Below are positions 39,016 to 53,099 of a DNA stretch of 64,000 nucleotides, piece after piece. Every line of letters starts with the position of its first letter. The first letter of the stretch is position 1. This DNA is from Octopus vulgaris (lineage: Eukaryota): the NCBI GenBank assembly GCA_951406725.2, contig OX597820.1, forward strand, positions 17,856,001 through 17,920,000. Reading direction: 5' to 3'. The notes below the pieces were generated by a model that saw only the letters and a list, made by a program, of their open reading frames with translations, was not told the origin of the DNA and did no database searches. The translations under genes were made by a program, and so were the position numbers.

Positions 39016-39596
39016 GCTTACGCGTATATATTCATTTAGGTATGTTTACACATATATAAGTACACACACACATATATATAGTCATGTATATAGACACATA
39101 AACGTGTTTGTGCACAATATATACGTATAAATATATACACACACGCATGCATAAACATATATGCATAAATCTACCCAAATATATATGTATATGTATACAC
39201 ACACACGTATATATATATAAAACATACACACACACATGTATATATATGATATATATATATAAACACATACACACACACATACATAAATGTATATGCGTAT
39301 ATATGTATAGATATATATGTATATATAAACATGTCCAACCCATGCTAGCATGGAAAACGGACGTTAAACGATGATGATGATGAAGTATTTTGAGTGATGC
39401 TTTTTCACTTATTATTTTAATCCATATCCGTTTTCCATGCTAGCATGGGTTGGACATGTTTATATATACATATATATCTATACATATATACGCATATACA
39501 TTTATGTATGTATGTGTGTGTATGTTTACATACATATATGTACACACACATACGTACACACACACACACACACGCATATACACACACTAATGCATA

Positions 39597-39657
<61 letters not shown>

Positions 39658-39826
39658 TTATATATACATATGTCAATATAGATACGTACATAATGCAAAC
39701 ACACACATGGACACATGTATACATTCAAAACAGACTGACAGACTGACAGACAAGCAGACAAACAGTCAAATAGAGGGATAGACAGACAGACAGACAGACA
39801 GACAGATAAACAGATAGACAGATAGT

Positions 39827-39918
<92 letters not shown>

Positions 39919-40101
39919 GGGCATCAGCCGATTGCATCACCTTCCAATTTTTCTAACTTCTACATTTAAAAGAATTTCTTTTAACAAACCTCGTATTACT
40001 ATTTCATGCATCCAGTCTTCACTACTGTTTTTCTCCTCACCTACATCAATACCGATTCACTATTACTTATAACCGTTTTATTAGCTCCTTATAACCATAA
40101 A

Positions 40102-40496
40102 TCTTTATATATAAAAGTAAGGTTGTGTGCTGTCTGTCTCCTACGATTTAGATTCCTAACTACTCCCACATTTTGCGGTGCAGTTTAACCAAAACCGGGT
40201 ATCTTATAGTCGTGATTCATATCGAGCCCTTCTGGGTATTAGTGCGCGTCTACGATGAGTCTACGATTTTAAAAAAAATTTACCATCAATTTTTCCCATT
40301 TTTAATGCATTTTTGGCATATATAAGGGAAGTAACTCTCTAAAAATTTATTATTAAATCTCAGAACGTAAAAAGCTACAGTAACATCCCCCTTTGTGGTT
40401 AGCCATATTGAGATGGCTATTATACTTTACATCTCTAAAAATGCTTATATAGTTATTTCCCTTACAAACCCGAGCAACGCCGGGCGATACTGCTAG
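40102..40496 (+). mobile_element. Non-autonomous Helitron, copy 3
   Basis: A|TC start; 3' end cccgagcaacgccgggcgatactgCTAG|T nearly identical to copy 1. Confidence 0.85.
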
Positions 40497-41408
40497 TAAT
40501 ATAGAAATCTATAATCCGCAGCAGCAGCGGCAGCAGTAGCAGCAGTAGGTCCTCCACCACCATCACCATACCTTTCTCATTACCTTTCTACTTCGTTCCC
40601 CTTCCTGTCGTTGATCTAACCTGTTGATTTCTTTTTCCACTGAAGACGCATGAGTGACCGTGAGTTTTAAGAACGTTTCTTTGCAACCAAGTGGTTTCGT
40701 GTTCAATCCTACTGCGCGGCAACAAGCTTCTGCTATAGACCCCGGGCCGACCAATCCCTTGTGAGTGAGTTGACAAAAAACTGTGTGTGCCAGCGCCTCG
40801 TATACATACATACATACATACATACATACATACATACATACATACATGTGTGTGTGTGTATGTGTGTGTGTGTGTGTGTGTGTAGAAGGTTGAAAAGGAA
40901 CACACGAGTTGATATATATGGAAAAAAAGTCAAGGTAGAAAATGCTAAAATAATTTTATAAAAAACATTTCAGTACCGGTTTCAGTCACTGAAACTTTTT
41001 CAACTGTAAATATGGAAAACAATTAAATTTTGGAAAAATTAAAAGAAAAGTTTTTTTAAAAGAATATTTGCATAGTTTTCAAGTACAAGTGGCATTTTCC
41101 TTGTTTCTGCCTGTTTCTCTCTCTCTCTTGTTTACTCTTGTGGGTTCGAGGTCGTTGTGAATTCTTGGTATGGAAGAAGAAGAAGAAGAAGAAGAAGAAG
41201 AAGAAGAAGAAGAAGAAGAAGAAAGGAAGGAAGCAAGGAAGAGGAGGAGGGGGAGGAGGAGGACAAGAAGAAAAATGTGGGAGTGGTATCATAGTAGTAG
41301 GATGTTAAATGGTCAAGTGCCCTGAAAGTGAACTTGTTGTGGATGGTAGTTGTGATTGAATTCTTGAGAAATCTCTTTTGAATGTATTGTTTATATACGA
41401 GGGGCTGG

Positions 41409-41484
<76 letters not shown>

Positions 41485-42020
41485 ATGTGTATTTTTCGTT
41501 TTATTTATTTATAATCGAACGCCACGCAGCCTTGACCACAGTAATTTCTTACTTTTATATATAGTTTGTTTAGAAATATTTTGTATCTGTCTTGCATTGT
41601 CAGTTGCACCAAGACAGTGTATCCTATGATTGCAATTTTCAATGACAGTTGAGACTTATTAAGTACCGATCGTCTGCTTTTCTTGAAACGTCTATTCGGT
41701 TTATGTCTGCTTCTTGGAGATGCATATGATACGTTATCCTCAGCTTTCGGATTTTGACATCACCTTTGTTGATCGCAGAAATGGACCCGTTTATAACATA
41801 GAATCCGTTTGTGATTACAGGTACAGCCTGCGTGTTTATGGCCCTATTTTTGTTTTAGGCTTTCAAATCGGTTTTCAGAATAGCTCTTGTTCAACGATAG
41901 TAGCCCTTTCATATCTTTCCTGTTATCAATGAGTGTTTAACCCCATCCCCTTTCTATACTCCTAAGTACGTATAACTGCTCACAGATTCTAGTTCTTTTC
42001 TTCGGTATCTCTATCTAGAG

Positions 42021-42387
42021 CAGGGGTCGGGGAACTTTTTTAACCAATTACCCCCAAATATATTTATTTACGCCGAAGTTACCCCCTTAATTTGAAAGGA
42101 AGAAAATCATAGATTCTTTGAATTTAAAGGTTTATTAAATCTATTTTATTTAATCTAGATGAATCTGTTTATACGTCCATTGCATTAAGCAGATGCAGTG
42201 CTGCCAGAAGTGGCTGTGTGGTAAGTAGCTTGCTTACCAACCACATGGTTCCGGGTTCATTTCCAATACGTGGCACTTTGGGCAAGTGTCTTCTACTTTA
42301 GCCACGGGCCGACCAAGGCCTTGTAAGTGGATTTGGTAGACAGAAACTGAAAGAAGCCTGTCGTATATATATATATGTGTGTGTGTG

Positions 42388-42433
<46 letters not shown>

Positions 42434-42722
42434 TGTGTGTCTGTGTTTCTACCCCAACATTGCTTGACAACCGATGCTGGTGTGTTTACGTCCCCGTAAC
42501 GATTCGGCAAAAAGATACCAATAGAATAAGTACTAGGCTTACAAAGAATAAGTCCTGGGGTCGATTTGCTCGACTAAAGCCGGTGCTCCAGCATGGCCGC
42601 AGTCAAATGACTGAAACAAGTAAAAGAAAGAAGAAAAGAATGTCTAACGAGTCCTCGTTACCCCCCAAGAATTTCATTTTTACCCCCACTTGGGTTAATT
42701 TACCCCGATTCGCCGACCCCCT
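42021..42722. mobile_element. hAT-like MITE with a nested SINE B (42207-42640)
   Basis: caggggtcggggaac / gattcgccgaccccct termini; TSD not preserved. Confidence 0.65.
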
Positions 42723-43325
42723 AATGTTGCATGTGTTGGACAATTTTCCTTTGGTAAACGTGACCTCGGTACACTTGTCAAGCCTAAATCCCATTCTGAT
42801 ATCATCACTAAATTATCACCAAATTGCTGGATTCTGTGAAGAAGTGTCTGCAGTTGTTGATCATTCTTTTGCTAATAGTTTCAAATCATCCATACAGACA
42901 AGATGAATGATTGCTTTTTCCATACACCTTGTATCCAGAATTTCATCCATTCAGGAGTTTACTGAGAGGAGACAACTCTAGACAGAATGAGTCTCCTTGA
43001 AAGATCCCACAATTGATATTGACTTCTCCAGAGATTATAGTCGTAGTTTCCGTGTTGAGAATTAATGTCATTTTTTCCAGACTTCCATGACAAGAGATAA
43101 AAAAAATCTAGATAACTGGCGCGAAATTTTGAATGTCTTCCAGGACATCTTGTGGTATATGCAAGTCACTGAAAGATGCTTTTTTTCTGTTGTGACAATC
43201 ATCAACAATCATTTTGTTAATTAAGTGTTGATCCCTGAATCCGTATGACCCACGTTTGCAGCCTTTGTGTTCATCAGGGAAAATGTTGTTCTTAAGGAGG
43301 AAAGCATGTGTCCATTGAGATAGAT

Positions 43326-43542
43326 ACTCTTTACTCTTTTACTCTTTTACTTGTTTCAGCCATTTGACTGTGGCCATGCTGGAGCACCGCCTTTAGTCGA
43401 GCAAATCGACTCCAGGAATTATTCTTTGTAAGCCTAGTACTTATTCTATCGGTCTCTTTTGCCGAACTGCTAAGTTACGGCAACGTAAACACACCAGCAT
43501 CGGTTGTCAAGCGATGTTGGGGAGACAAACACAGACACGCAA

Positions 43543-43589
<47 letters not shown>

Positions 43590-43599
43590 AACACCCCCC

Positions 43600-43658
<59 letters not shown>

Positions 43659-43780
43659 GACGGGCTTCTTTCAGTTTCTGTCTACCAAATCCACCCACTT
43701 TCCCAAGGTGACACGCAGTGGGACTGAACCCGGAACCATGTGGTTGGTAAACAAGCTACTTACAACACAGCCACTCCTGC
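43326..43780 (-). mobile_element. SINE family B
   Basis: Reverse-complement match with internal CA/TA tract. Confidence 0.85.
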
Positions 43781-44549
43781 GTTGTTATAAGACATCTAAG
43801 GATCTGTAGTTCATTGGGATTTTCTTTTTTTTTCACCATATTTGGAGAGCAAAATGTGATACCATTGACCGGCCATTCTGGAGCCATTTATGGTTCCTTC
43901 ATAACTACGTTTTAACAGCAAGCTTTTTTTGCGTGAGTTTGTTAAAAACATTAATCCAGTATTTTGGGATTTTATCCTTTCCTGATGACTTCCATTAACT
44001 GAACTTTTTCAACGTAAGCCTGACATCTACACTAAAATCTTTCCACATCTGCTCTTCTGAAAGCTCAATGTCTTGGGGCTTCACAGTTATGCATCCTATC
44101 TCTTCTTCACAGTTATGCATCCTATCTCTTCTGCCCAAACTTAACTCCAGAACTCAAGTATTTCTTATTCTAAGAAGACTTCATCATTTTTGATGATGCT
44201 CTCTCCAATGTGCCTGTAGAATTTCTTTGGATTATTTTTAAACATGTTATAATCTCCGAAGAACCTGAATGGGTTTTCCAAGTGTCGTCTGCATGCAGTT
44301 TTAGCCTACCGTTTGTTTTTTATCTTTTCCACTACTTCAGCAAATTGATATTCATATTTCAGTTCATATTTTCTCATTATCTTTCTCTTCTTAAATGGTT
44401 TTATATTATGATTATTGCTTAATCTGTTGTGTCTGGAGAGAGTCATTTCCTTTTTGTGCCTTATAATGTAACACACTCACCGGTAAAATCTCCACTTTTT
44501 TCTTATTTTTATTTTCCTGAAATTTTCGTTGCGTCTTGCAACTCTATTA

Positions 44550-44900
44550 CTCTCTCTCTATTACTCTATTACTTGTTTCAGTCATTTGACTGCGGCCATG
44601 CTGGAGCACCGCCTTTAATCGAGCAACTCGACCCCGGGACTTGTTCTTTTGTAAGCCCAGTACTTATTCTATCGGTCTCTTTTGCCGAACCGCTAAGTAA
44701 CGGGGATATAAACACACCAGCATCGGCTGTCAAGCAATGCTAAGGGGACAAACATAGACACGCATACATATATATATACATATATACGACGGGCTTCTTT
44801 CAGTTTCCGTCTACCAAATCCACTCACAAGGCTTTGGACTGAACCCGGAACCATGTGGTTGGTAAACAAGCTACTTACCACACAGCCACGCCTGCGCCTA
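44550..44900 (-). mobile_element. SINE family B (internal deletion)
   Basis: Reverse-complement match. Confidence 0.85.
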
Positions 44901-45500
44901 TTTCATAGTTTCCTTTTCATTGTTTCAATATGCTTCAACACACGAACTCATATAAAGAATCTTGCAAACCAAATCCAAAAACGAAATTATTGCTTAAGTT
45001 TTTCAGTAATTCAATATCAGATCAATGAGCATCAATTTGTTTCTTGATCTTTTCTGGTACGTTGGGTTTTTTAAAGAAGACTTGTCCCTTTATTTTTCGG
45101 TTTTACACCACACATTTTGGCGCAGAGAATAGCAGTAACAAAATTACTCATTCAAGGGTGTGATATCTCGTTAATTTTCTTTTATAATGGTCTTAAGTAC
45201 CATATTCACCAAACAGATATTTTTACCTTATTTTTTACTATTGCAGATCTTACAAACTTCACTGCATTCCTTCATGTTCAGTGATTAATTTCTTTTCAAG
45301 TTCTTTCAGATCACATATCTTGATACCAACATTGTTCATTTCCGCTAATTTGTTCCTCTACAATGGCTTCATCTCCAGGGAGTGTATTTACGCTTTTTTT
45401 TTTCAAACTGGGTGTCATGTTATTTACTCTTTCCTGTAAATATTTTTCTGTTTTGACTCTGGTATAATTTTTGTCGGTTAATTTATGAGTTGTATTCATT

Positions 45501-45676
<176 letters not shown>

Positions 45677-46109
45677 GCCCTCCCTATCTCTCAAATCTGT
45701 TTGTATGATTTCTTTTCTTTTGTCAGTTTCAATATCTGTCAACAGTTTCCGTGTTATAATACTTCTGCGTACATTCGCGGGTTTATTATTGTTTGTGTTC
45801 AGCCTGATGTTGGGATTCTTTCCCCTCTGAATCTTACCCGAACATGCAATAAGTTCCGCCTGTCTATTGTCTTCGCTGTTCATTTCTGTCTTTTAATTTG
45901 ATTGATACCTGCTGGTTTTGAACAGGGAGGGCCCTCAGAAGGATGTGTCCGGTTGTAAGAGACCTTCAACCTCATATTGTTGGGAAGCTTTGAACCAGTA
46001 GCAAACTCTTTGACTCTTGACTGGTCCTTCTCAGGGTGACGTGGTCCTTGTTCCCTTGGGCGACGACCGATCCGGTATAAATGTTGCGACGACCGATCCG
46101 GTATAAATC

Positions 46110-46343
46110 AAGGCGGCGAGCTGGCAGAAACGTTAGCGCGCCGGGCGAAATGCTTACCGGTATTTCGTCTGCCGCTATGTTCTGAGTTCAAATTCCACCG
46201 AGGTCGACTTTGCCTTTCATCCTTTCGGGATCGATTAAATAAGTACGAGTTACGCACTGGGGTCGATATAGTCGACTTAATCCGTTTGTCTGTCCTTGTT
46301 TGTCCTCTTTGTGTTTAGCCCCTTGTGGGCAGCAAAATAATAG
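46110..46343 (+). mobile_element. SINE family A monomer with ggtataaat flanking duplication
   Basis: ggtataaat(gttgc) present before and after the element. Confidence 0.9.
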
Positions 46344-47164
46344 GTATAAATGTTGCTTCGTTGACATTAATACATGTTGGATTTCTGATTAAGATACCAT
46401 AGAGATTGGTGTTTTTATTGAGACACCATCTTTGGATAAATTATTCTCCGTGGCTCAAAGAAGCCTACCTACACCTAACAAAAGCAAACTGTTTCATACT
46501 GGTCGACATTCCTGTAAGGTACCCCATGGTGAACTTCTTATGTTCAACACGGGCTGCATTCTCCACGACTTAGCCCAATGCGACGGAAGTCCCATCTACT
46601 CCTTTAATTACCTACCTTTGTGGTAGACCTATATTCTGGAGGGCGATCCCAGAAGATTTTGCTCTTGAGATATTCATTACCATTATTACTGCCAAAAGTT
46701 GGTAATGATATCAGTAGCAACAATTCTAAGAAAGAAAAACTATTTGTATGGCTTTTGGCTGACCAACGTTCATTCGCTTTTTGACAGATTTAGTTTTTCG
46801 TCCTCCAAGATTACCAAATAGAAAGAAAATCACCCTCCCCGCAAAGCATGCTCCGTGTGGTTAACGGTATAGCCACCGACGACTAGGATGAATAATCCTG
46901 GCGCGATTTGATTTTACGCCCCTTCGATCCTGGTGATGGCTGAGAGACAAATGTGATATGCCCGGATTAATTACACATGCAAGAAAGGCAGTGACGGACA
47001 GCGGGGAGAAAAAATAGGGGAGGAGAGAATATATATTTCATAGGGCAACCAAATCCGCATAGCGGATTTGTGTCAATTTGGGACGTATCGACCGCAGGGA
47101 AAAGCTGCGGAATCATTCATTCCTTGTAAGGAAACAAAAAAAAACAATAATGAAAAAATATTGT

Positions 47165-47729
47165 TGGGGTCGACTTTGTGTTTAGTCCTTTCGAGGTCGA
47201 TGAAATAAGTACCTATTTCTTTACTACCCACAAAGGGCTAAACACGGAGAGGACAAACAAGGACAGACAAACGGATTAAGTCGATTATATCGACCCCAGT
47301 GCGAAACTGGTACTTATTTAATCGACCCCGAAAGGATGAAAGGCAAAGTTGTCCTCGGCGGAATTTGAACTCAGAACGTAGCGGCAGACGAAATACCGCA
47401 AAGCATTTCGGCGTGCTAACGTTTCTGCCAGCTCGCCGTACGGGTTGAACACTAAGATCGGTGTAATCAAGTTGGTCCTTTCCTTTAAAATTTCAGGCAT
47501 TGTTCGGTAGATGGCAGAATCGTTAGCATGCTGGACAGGATGCTTAGTGGCATTTCGTCCGTCTTTACGTTCTGGGTTCAAATTCTGCCGAGGTCGATGC
47601 TGCCTTTCATCCTTTCGAGATCGATAAAATAAGTGACGGTTGAGCACTGGAGTCTATGTAATCAAATTACCCCCTACCCCGATATTACTGGCCTTGTGCC
47701 AAAATCTCAGACCATTATTATTATTATTA

Positions 47730-47802
<73 letters not shown>

Positions 47803-48400
47803 GTTACTTAAGGCGGTGAGCTGGCAGAAACGTTAGCACGCCGGGCGAAATGCTTAGCGGTATTTCGTCTGGCGCTACGTTCTGAGTTCAAATTCCGCCG
47901 AGGTCGACTTTGCCTTTCATCCTTTTGGGGTCATTAAATAAGTAACAATTACGCACTGGGGTCGATATAATCGACTTAATCCGTTTGTCTGTCCTTGTTT
48001 GTCCTCTCTGTGTTTAGCCCCTTGTGGGTAGTGAAGAAATAGGTATTTCGTCTGCAGTTACGTTCTGAGTTCAAATTCCGCCGAGGTCGACTTTGCCTTT
48101 CATCCTTTCGGGGTCGATAAATTAAGTACCAGTTACGCACTGGGGTCGATATAATCGACTTAATCCGTTTGTCTGTCCTTGTTTGTCCTCTCTGTATTTA
48201 GCCCCTATTGGGTAGTAAAGAAATAGGTATTTCGTCTGCAGCTACTTTCTGAGTTCAAATTCCGCCGAGGTCGATTCTGCCTTTCATCCTTTCGGGGTTG
48301 ATAAATTAAGAACTAGTCAAGTCCTGGGGTCCATGTAATCGACTATCCCCCTCCCCACGACTGACCCAAAATTCCAGGCCTTGTGCCTATAGTAGGAAGG
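47165..48400. mobile_element. SINE family A cluster (minus 47210-47438; plus 47505-47715; plus trimer 47810-48400)
   Basis: Repeated head/core/tail units. Confidence 0.88.
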
Positions 48401-48404
48401 ACTA

Positions 48405-48882
48405 TTGTTATTATTCTATGTTTGACTTTTGCTTTACATTTGTACAAGTTGGCTCCAAGTCTCACCCAGAGACCTCAAGAGACAACAAGTTGGAAGTTCA
48501 TGTTGGTGTTATGCCTAGGGTGCCATATATTTGGTTTTGTACTTAGTGTTGTACTAGTGAATGCTTAAAAAACCATAAGAAAATTATGTTTGTTTTAAAA
48601 CTTGAGATTACATAGAAAGTATTTTGCGTAGGATATGAGCAGTTCCCATGAGCACTATCTTTTGAGTTTCTGCCATTTTGGGGTTTCCTGGTATCTGAGT
48701 TAGGTAGCAATCAGCCCCTTTTGCTATCATTCCCAGGGCACCTATGATAACAGGTATTCTTTTCGTCTTCAGGTTCCACATTTTGCTGATTTCTATTTCA
48801 AGATCTTTATATTTGCTCAGTTTTTGGTAGGTCTTGACAGATACGTTTATATCGATTGGGATAGTTATATCAATGAGGAGGC
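48405..48882 (-). mobile_element. 3' end of an R4/Dong element (RLE domain plus 3' UTR)
   Basis: CLLIDITIPIDINV..KLSKYKDLEIEISKMW..IPVIIGALG..QKIVLMGTAHILRKILSM*. Confidence 0.88.
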
Positions 48883-48922
48883 ATGATTTTTATCATCATC
48901 ATCGTCGTTGTCGTCGTCGTCG

Positions 48923-48954
<32 letters not shown>

Positions 48955-49339
48955 AACTATGTATTTCACCTTTCTGATGTCGATAAAATAAAGTGCCAGT
49001 CAGGTAAAATGTATTCATCTCAGTACTCAATCGAGGGAAGGCGAAGACGTTCGAGGATTAAAGCAAGGTAACCGAAACACAGAATTAATCTCGAATTGCA
49101 GACATAGTATGAAATTCTTTCTATTTCTTTTCAGGACGACAATCAAAGCACCAATAACGACAAACGAACGTAACTTGCCGCCATCTTGTATTATATTTCA
49201 ACAGCTATGACGTAGGTCCGTGAACATCGTGAGGCTCAAATGCTTTTATACAAGCATAAAACCGCGATACAGAAATAAATCCAGGTAAATATAATACATA
49301 TACAAAATAGGTGCACGTGTGTATGTGCGCATGCATGTA

Positions 49340-49906
49340 TTGGGTTGTCTGGAAAGTTCGTGCCGATTTATAGTAGTTTATCTTTCGACTTATTTTAGAA
49401 CATGGTTGAGTCCATAAAATAGGATTTGACTACACCTCCATTTAGAGCACAGTTTAAGCTATCTTTTCGTGGAAGAAAATTTATGTTCCTAGAACCTGTG
49501 TTAATTCTGTAGCCCTTTAAAATGGAAGACAAGAAAGTTCATTTTCGGCACTTGATGCTTTGGGAACCAGACAAAAATTGCTGCAGCTCGGCTGGGATGT
49601 GTTACCCCACCCTCCATATCCACCAGATGTTGCTCCTTTGGATTTCCACTTATTCAGATCTCTGCAGAATAGTCTTAATGGTAAAAATTTCAATTCCTTG
49701 GATGACGTAAAAAGATACCTTGATGAATTCTTTGCCATGAAACCACCTCAATTCTTGAAAGAGGGTATTTTCAAGTTAAAGGAAAGATGGAGACGCATTG
49801 TGCAACAAAATGGTTCATATTTGGTTGATTAAAAATGTAATGGCAAGTATTTATTGACCTTTTTTCTTTCCTTTAAAAATCGGCACGAACTTTCCGGACA
49901 ACCCAA
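49340..49906 (+). mobile_element. Mini-mariner, copy 3 (both TIRs)
   Basis: TA TSD, ~30-bp TIRs, MEDKKVHFRHLMLW fused out of frame to TRQKLLQLGWDVLPHPPY. Confidence 0.95.
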
Positions 49907-50352
49907 TATGCCATTATTCAGTTTTATTTCAAGCTTTCTTGTTAGTAGAGAAAGAGCTAGTTTCTAAACTAGATCCAAGGATCCTTCATTGGAATATCAA
50001 CAACATCAACAGGTTATTTTTGTATGTATGTATGTCTATGTATGTATGTATGTATGTATGTATGTATGTATGTATGTATGTATGTATGTTTGTATGTATG
50101 TATGTATGTATGTATGTATGTATGTATGTATGTATGCTTGTATGTATGTGTGTGTGTTCTCTTTCCCTCTTAATTTGGAGTAAATCTTGACTGGTCCACC
50201 GAATTCAGTAGCAAAAACCTTTGTGAAAGAAAGTATTTTTATCACTTCAGATATCGTGAGTATTTGTAGCATTGTGTATATACAATCGTAACAAACCCTT
50301 GCTAGATTTTTATCGCCCCAGATATCGTGGTATTTGTAGCATTGTGTATATA

Positions 50353-50582
50353 CGGGGTTGGTCAAAAGTCACCTGACAGTAAATCAAAAGAAATCCAAGA
50401 TTAAAACAAAAAATTATTTTATACGAGACTTCGCTAATAAAAGACAAATGTTGAAAAAATAACGGTGATTTTAACTCAGCATTCAATTATTAAACATTCA
50501 TAATTGGAATGAATAAATGAAATTGAATATTAAGTATTTATGGAATTTTGATTTACTGTCTGGTGACTTTTGGCCAACCTCG
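50353..50582. mobile_element. Mariner-type MITE, 230 bp
   Basis: cggggttggtcaaaagtcacctgacagtaaatcaaaa / ttttgatttactgtctggtgacttttggccaacctcg with TA TSD. Confidence 0.88.
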
Positions 50583-50584
50583 TA

Positions 50585-50970
50585 TATGTATGTATGTATG
50601 TATGTATGAATGTATGTATGTATGTATGTATGCATGTATGCATGTATGTATGCATGTATGCATGTATGTATGTATGTATGTATGCGTATGTATGTATGTA
50701 TGTATGTACGTATGTACGTATGTACGTACATATGTACGTACATATGTACGTATATATGTATTATGTATGTATGTATGTATGTATGTATGCATGTATGCAT
50801 GTATGTATGCATGTATGCATGTATGTATGTATGTATGCGTATGTATGTATGTATGTATGTATGTATGTATGTACGTATGTACGTATGTACGTACATATGT
50901 ACATACATATGTACGTATATATGTATTATGTATGTATGTATGTATGTATGTATGTATGTATGTATGTATG

Positions 50971-51009
<39 letters not shown>

Positions 51010-51110
51010 GCATGCATGCATGCATGCATGCATGCATGTATGTATGTATGTATGTATGTATGCATGTATGTATGTATGCTTATGTGTATGTATATATGTA
51101 CGTATGTACG

Positions 51111-51142
<32 letters not shown>

Positions 51143-51197
51143 CATGCATGCATGCATGTATGTATGTATGTATGTATGTATGTATGTATGTATGTAT
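50585..51197. repeat. (ATGT)n/(ATGC)n tract with a ~165-bp higher-order repeat
   Basis: Direct reading. Confidence 0.93.
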
Positions 51198-51530
51198 AAC
51201 CTTTTGCGTGCCTGTCTTTTGCTGGCCTCAAATCTCATCGGCGAATGCATGGAAAACAAACCTTCACCAACCATTCTGTCTGTGCACATTTTTGAATGCA
51301 GTGTATGCCAGAAGGTTTGCAAATCCAACGGAGGCCTCAGAGACATTTTAAGATCCACAAAGAGCAGAACTTATCTACAGCTCTTGGTGGTCCAAATCGG
51401 AGGTGCAATCTATGTGTCTTTCACAACATTGTCTAGTTTAAAAAGCCACATCAGATACTATGATGGTGCTAAGATGTAGGCACAGGATGTGGTCAAACTC
51501 TGCTTAAGGAGTAGACAACCACCATGTATG
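51198..51530 (+). mobile_element. Probable 3' end of an RTE-like LINE with C2H2-type fingers
   Basis: FECSVCQKVCKSNGGLR..H motif, followed by a short UTR and an atgt tail. Confidence 0.5.
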
Positions 51531-51808
51531 TACGGATGTACGTATGTAAAAGTCGAAAGCTGTTGCAGGCGGCACACACTCTCAATACGCCACAGGTGTA
51601 TATGTAGGAGTGTGTGTGCGCGTGTCAGTGGCATAGCTAATGGACGAGGAGGTGGTTTCCTCTTGGTGACACTTTTATGTGGGTGACACTTTGCTGTCCG
51701 CTGTATAACCCTGTAAAGTCTGTATTGTCGGGTGAGGAGCAAAAGTCGAAGGCTGCTCGATTTCAGGCAGCACACACCCTCAATACGTCACAGGTGCTAT
51801 GTACGTAT

Positions 51809-51859
<51 letters not shown>

Positions 51860-53099
51860 TGACGAAGCTGCTTTCTAATTATGTAAGGTCTCCTTTGTCC
51901 ACCAAGATCTGTGTACAATCTGCCACCAGGTCAGATGTTTTAGGAGTGTGTACTGGTCGTGTCAGTGGCATAGCCCATTGGGCGGAGAGGTGGTTTCCGG
52001 TATTTTTATTTGGAAAACAACTTTTCTTTTATGTGGGTGACATCAGTTGCAAACGTCAGCCATGTATGTATAACTGGTTGGTGGCAAGTCACAAGTATCA
52101 CCCATGTCGGGTGAGGAGCAGGAGTCGTAAGGCTGCATCCAGGCGGTTCACAGCACCCTCAATAACGTCACAGGTGTCAATACGTAATTTGAGCTGTGTT
52201 GTGTGTAATTGTGTGCATTGTCACTATTCAGTGCTGTGTGTGTGCTTACTTGTGTGTGTAATTACGTACGTTAAAACAGCTGCTTTCTAGATTATTAGTA
52301 AGATTCTGCTTGGTCCTACAAGATCTGTGTCAATCTGTAGTATCTTTTTATAGATTACTGGACTATCAGTGAGTTTGTCGGTATTTTTATTTAGAGAAAC
52401 AACTTGGCTTCAGTAACAAACGTAAGCCATGTATGATTGTGATTTAAAGACCAGTAGCACAAGTTCCACCATATGACTCTCCAACGTAAGGTGTTCGAGC
52501 AAGTTTATAACTAAAACATAAAACATAATTTATGGCAGTATTTTATTATCTCATTTTCCTGTTGGAGTAACACGGCTGTACTTTTTTATTTTTAGAAGCA
52601 AACATGTATTTTTCGTTGTGAGTAAACGACTCGTTTCACCACTGGTCTGAAATACACATTGATACCGCTTACTAATTTTCGTGTGACGGTTCTCTTCTAG
52701 GTCTGTGATTTTTCAGACCCTTCGGCGATTAAAAAAGGGATGCTAAACAGAGCTTGTCATTAATTGCTCTCCGGATGGTCCATCTACAATGCTCAGAACA
52801 TCCACCTAGTTTGTTTTGGAGTCTTCGAAAGATGTTTATCTATTATTCAATTTTATACCTGTTGGATTTAACACGGTGTTTTTTATTTTTAGCCGACTTG
52901 CAAACAATCTTTGATAAACGAAAGAAGAATAAAAAAAATACATTGATACCGCTTTCTAAAGTCATTCTTCTCAGTGTTCTTCGTGTTTTCCAGACCCTTC
53001 GACTTAAAAAGTGTTGAGTAAACAGAGAATTGTACCAATTGTACCAGAGTAATACGATATTACATCCACCTATTGTTCAAAAGCTAGTCTTCGAATAGA

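Noticed and set aside
46530-46680. HDV-like ribozyme in the R4/Dong 5' region
   Set aside because: I could not assemble the nested double pseudoknot by eye; it needs an RNAMotif or Infernal search.
47810-48400. Regularly spaced repeats that might suggest a CRISPR array
   Set aside because: Eukaryotic SINE units of ~186 bp with no unique spacers and no cas genes.
51290-51460. Host C2H2 zinc-finger gene exon
   Set aside because: Frameshifted, embedded in (ATGT)n and ending like a LINE tail; more likely a retroelement terminus.
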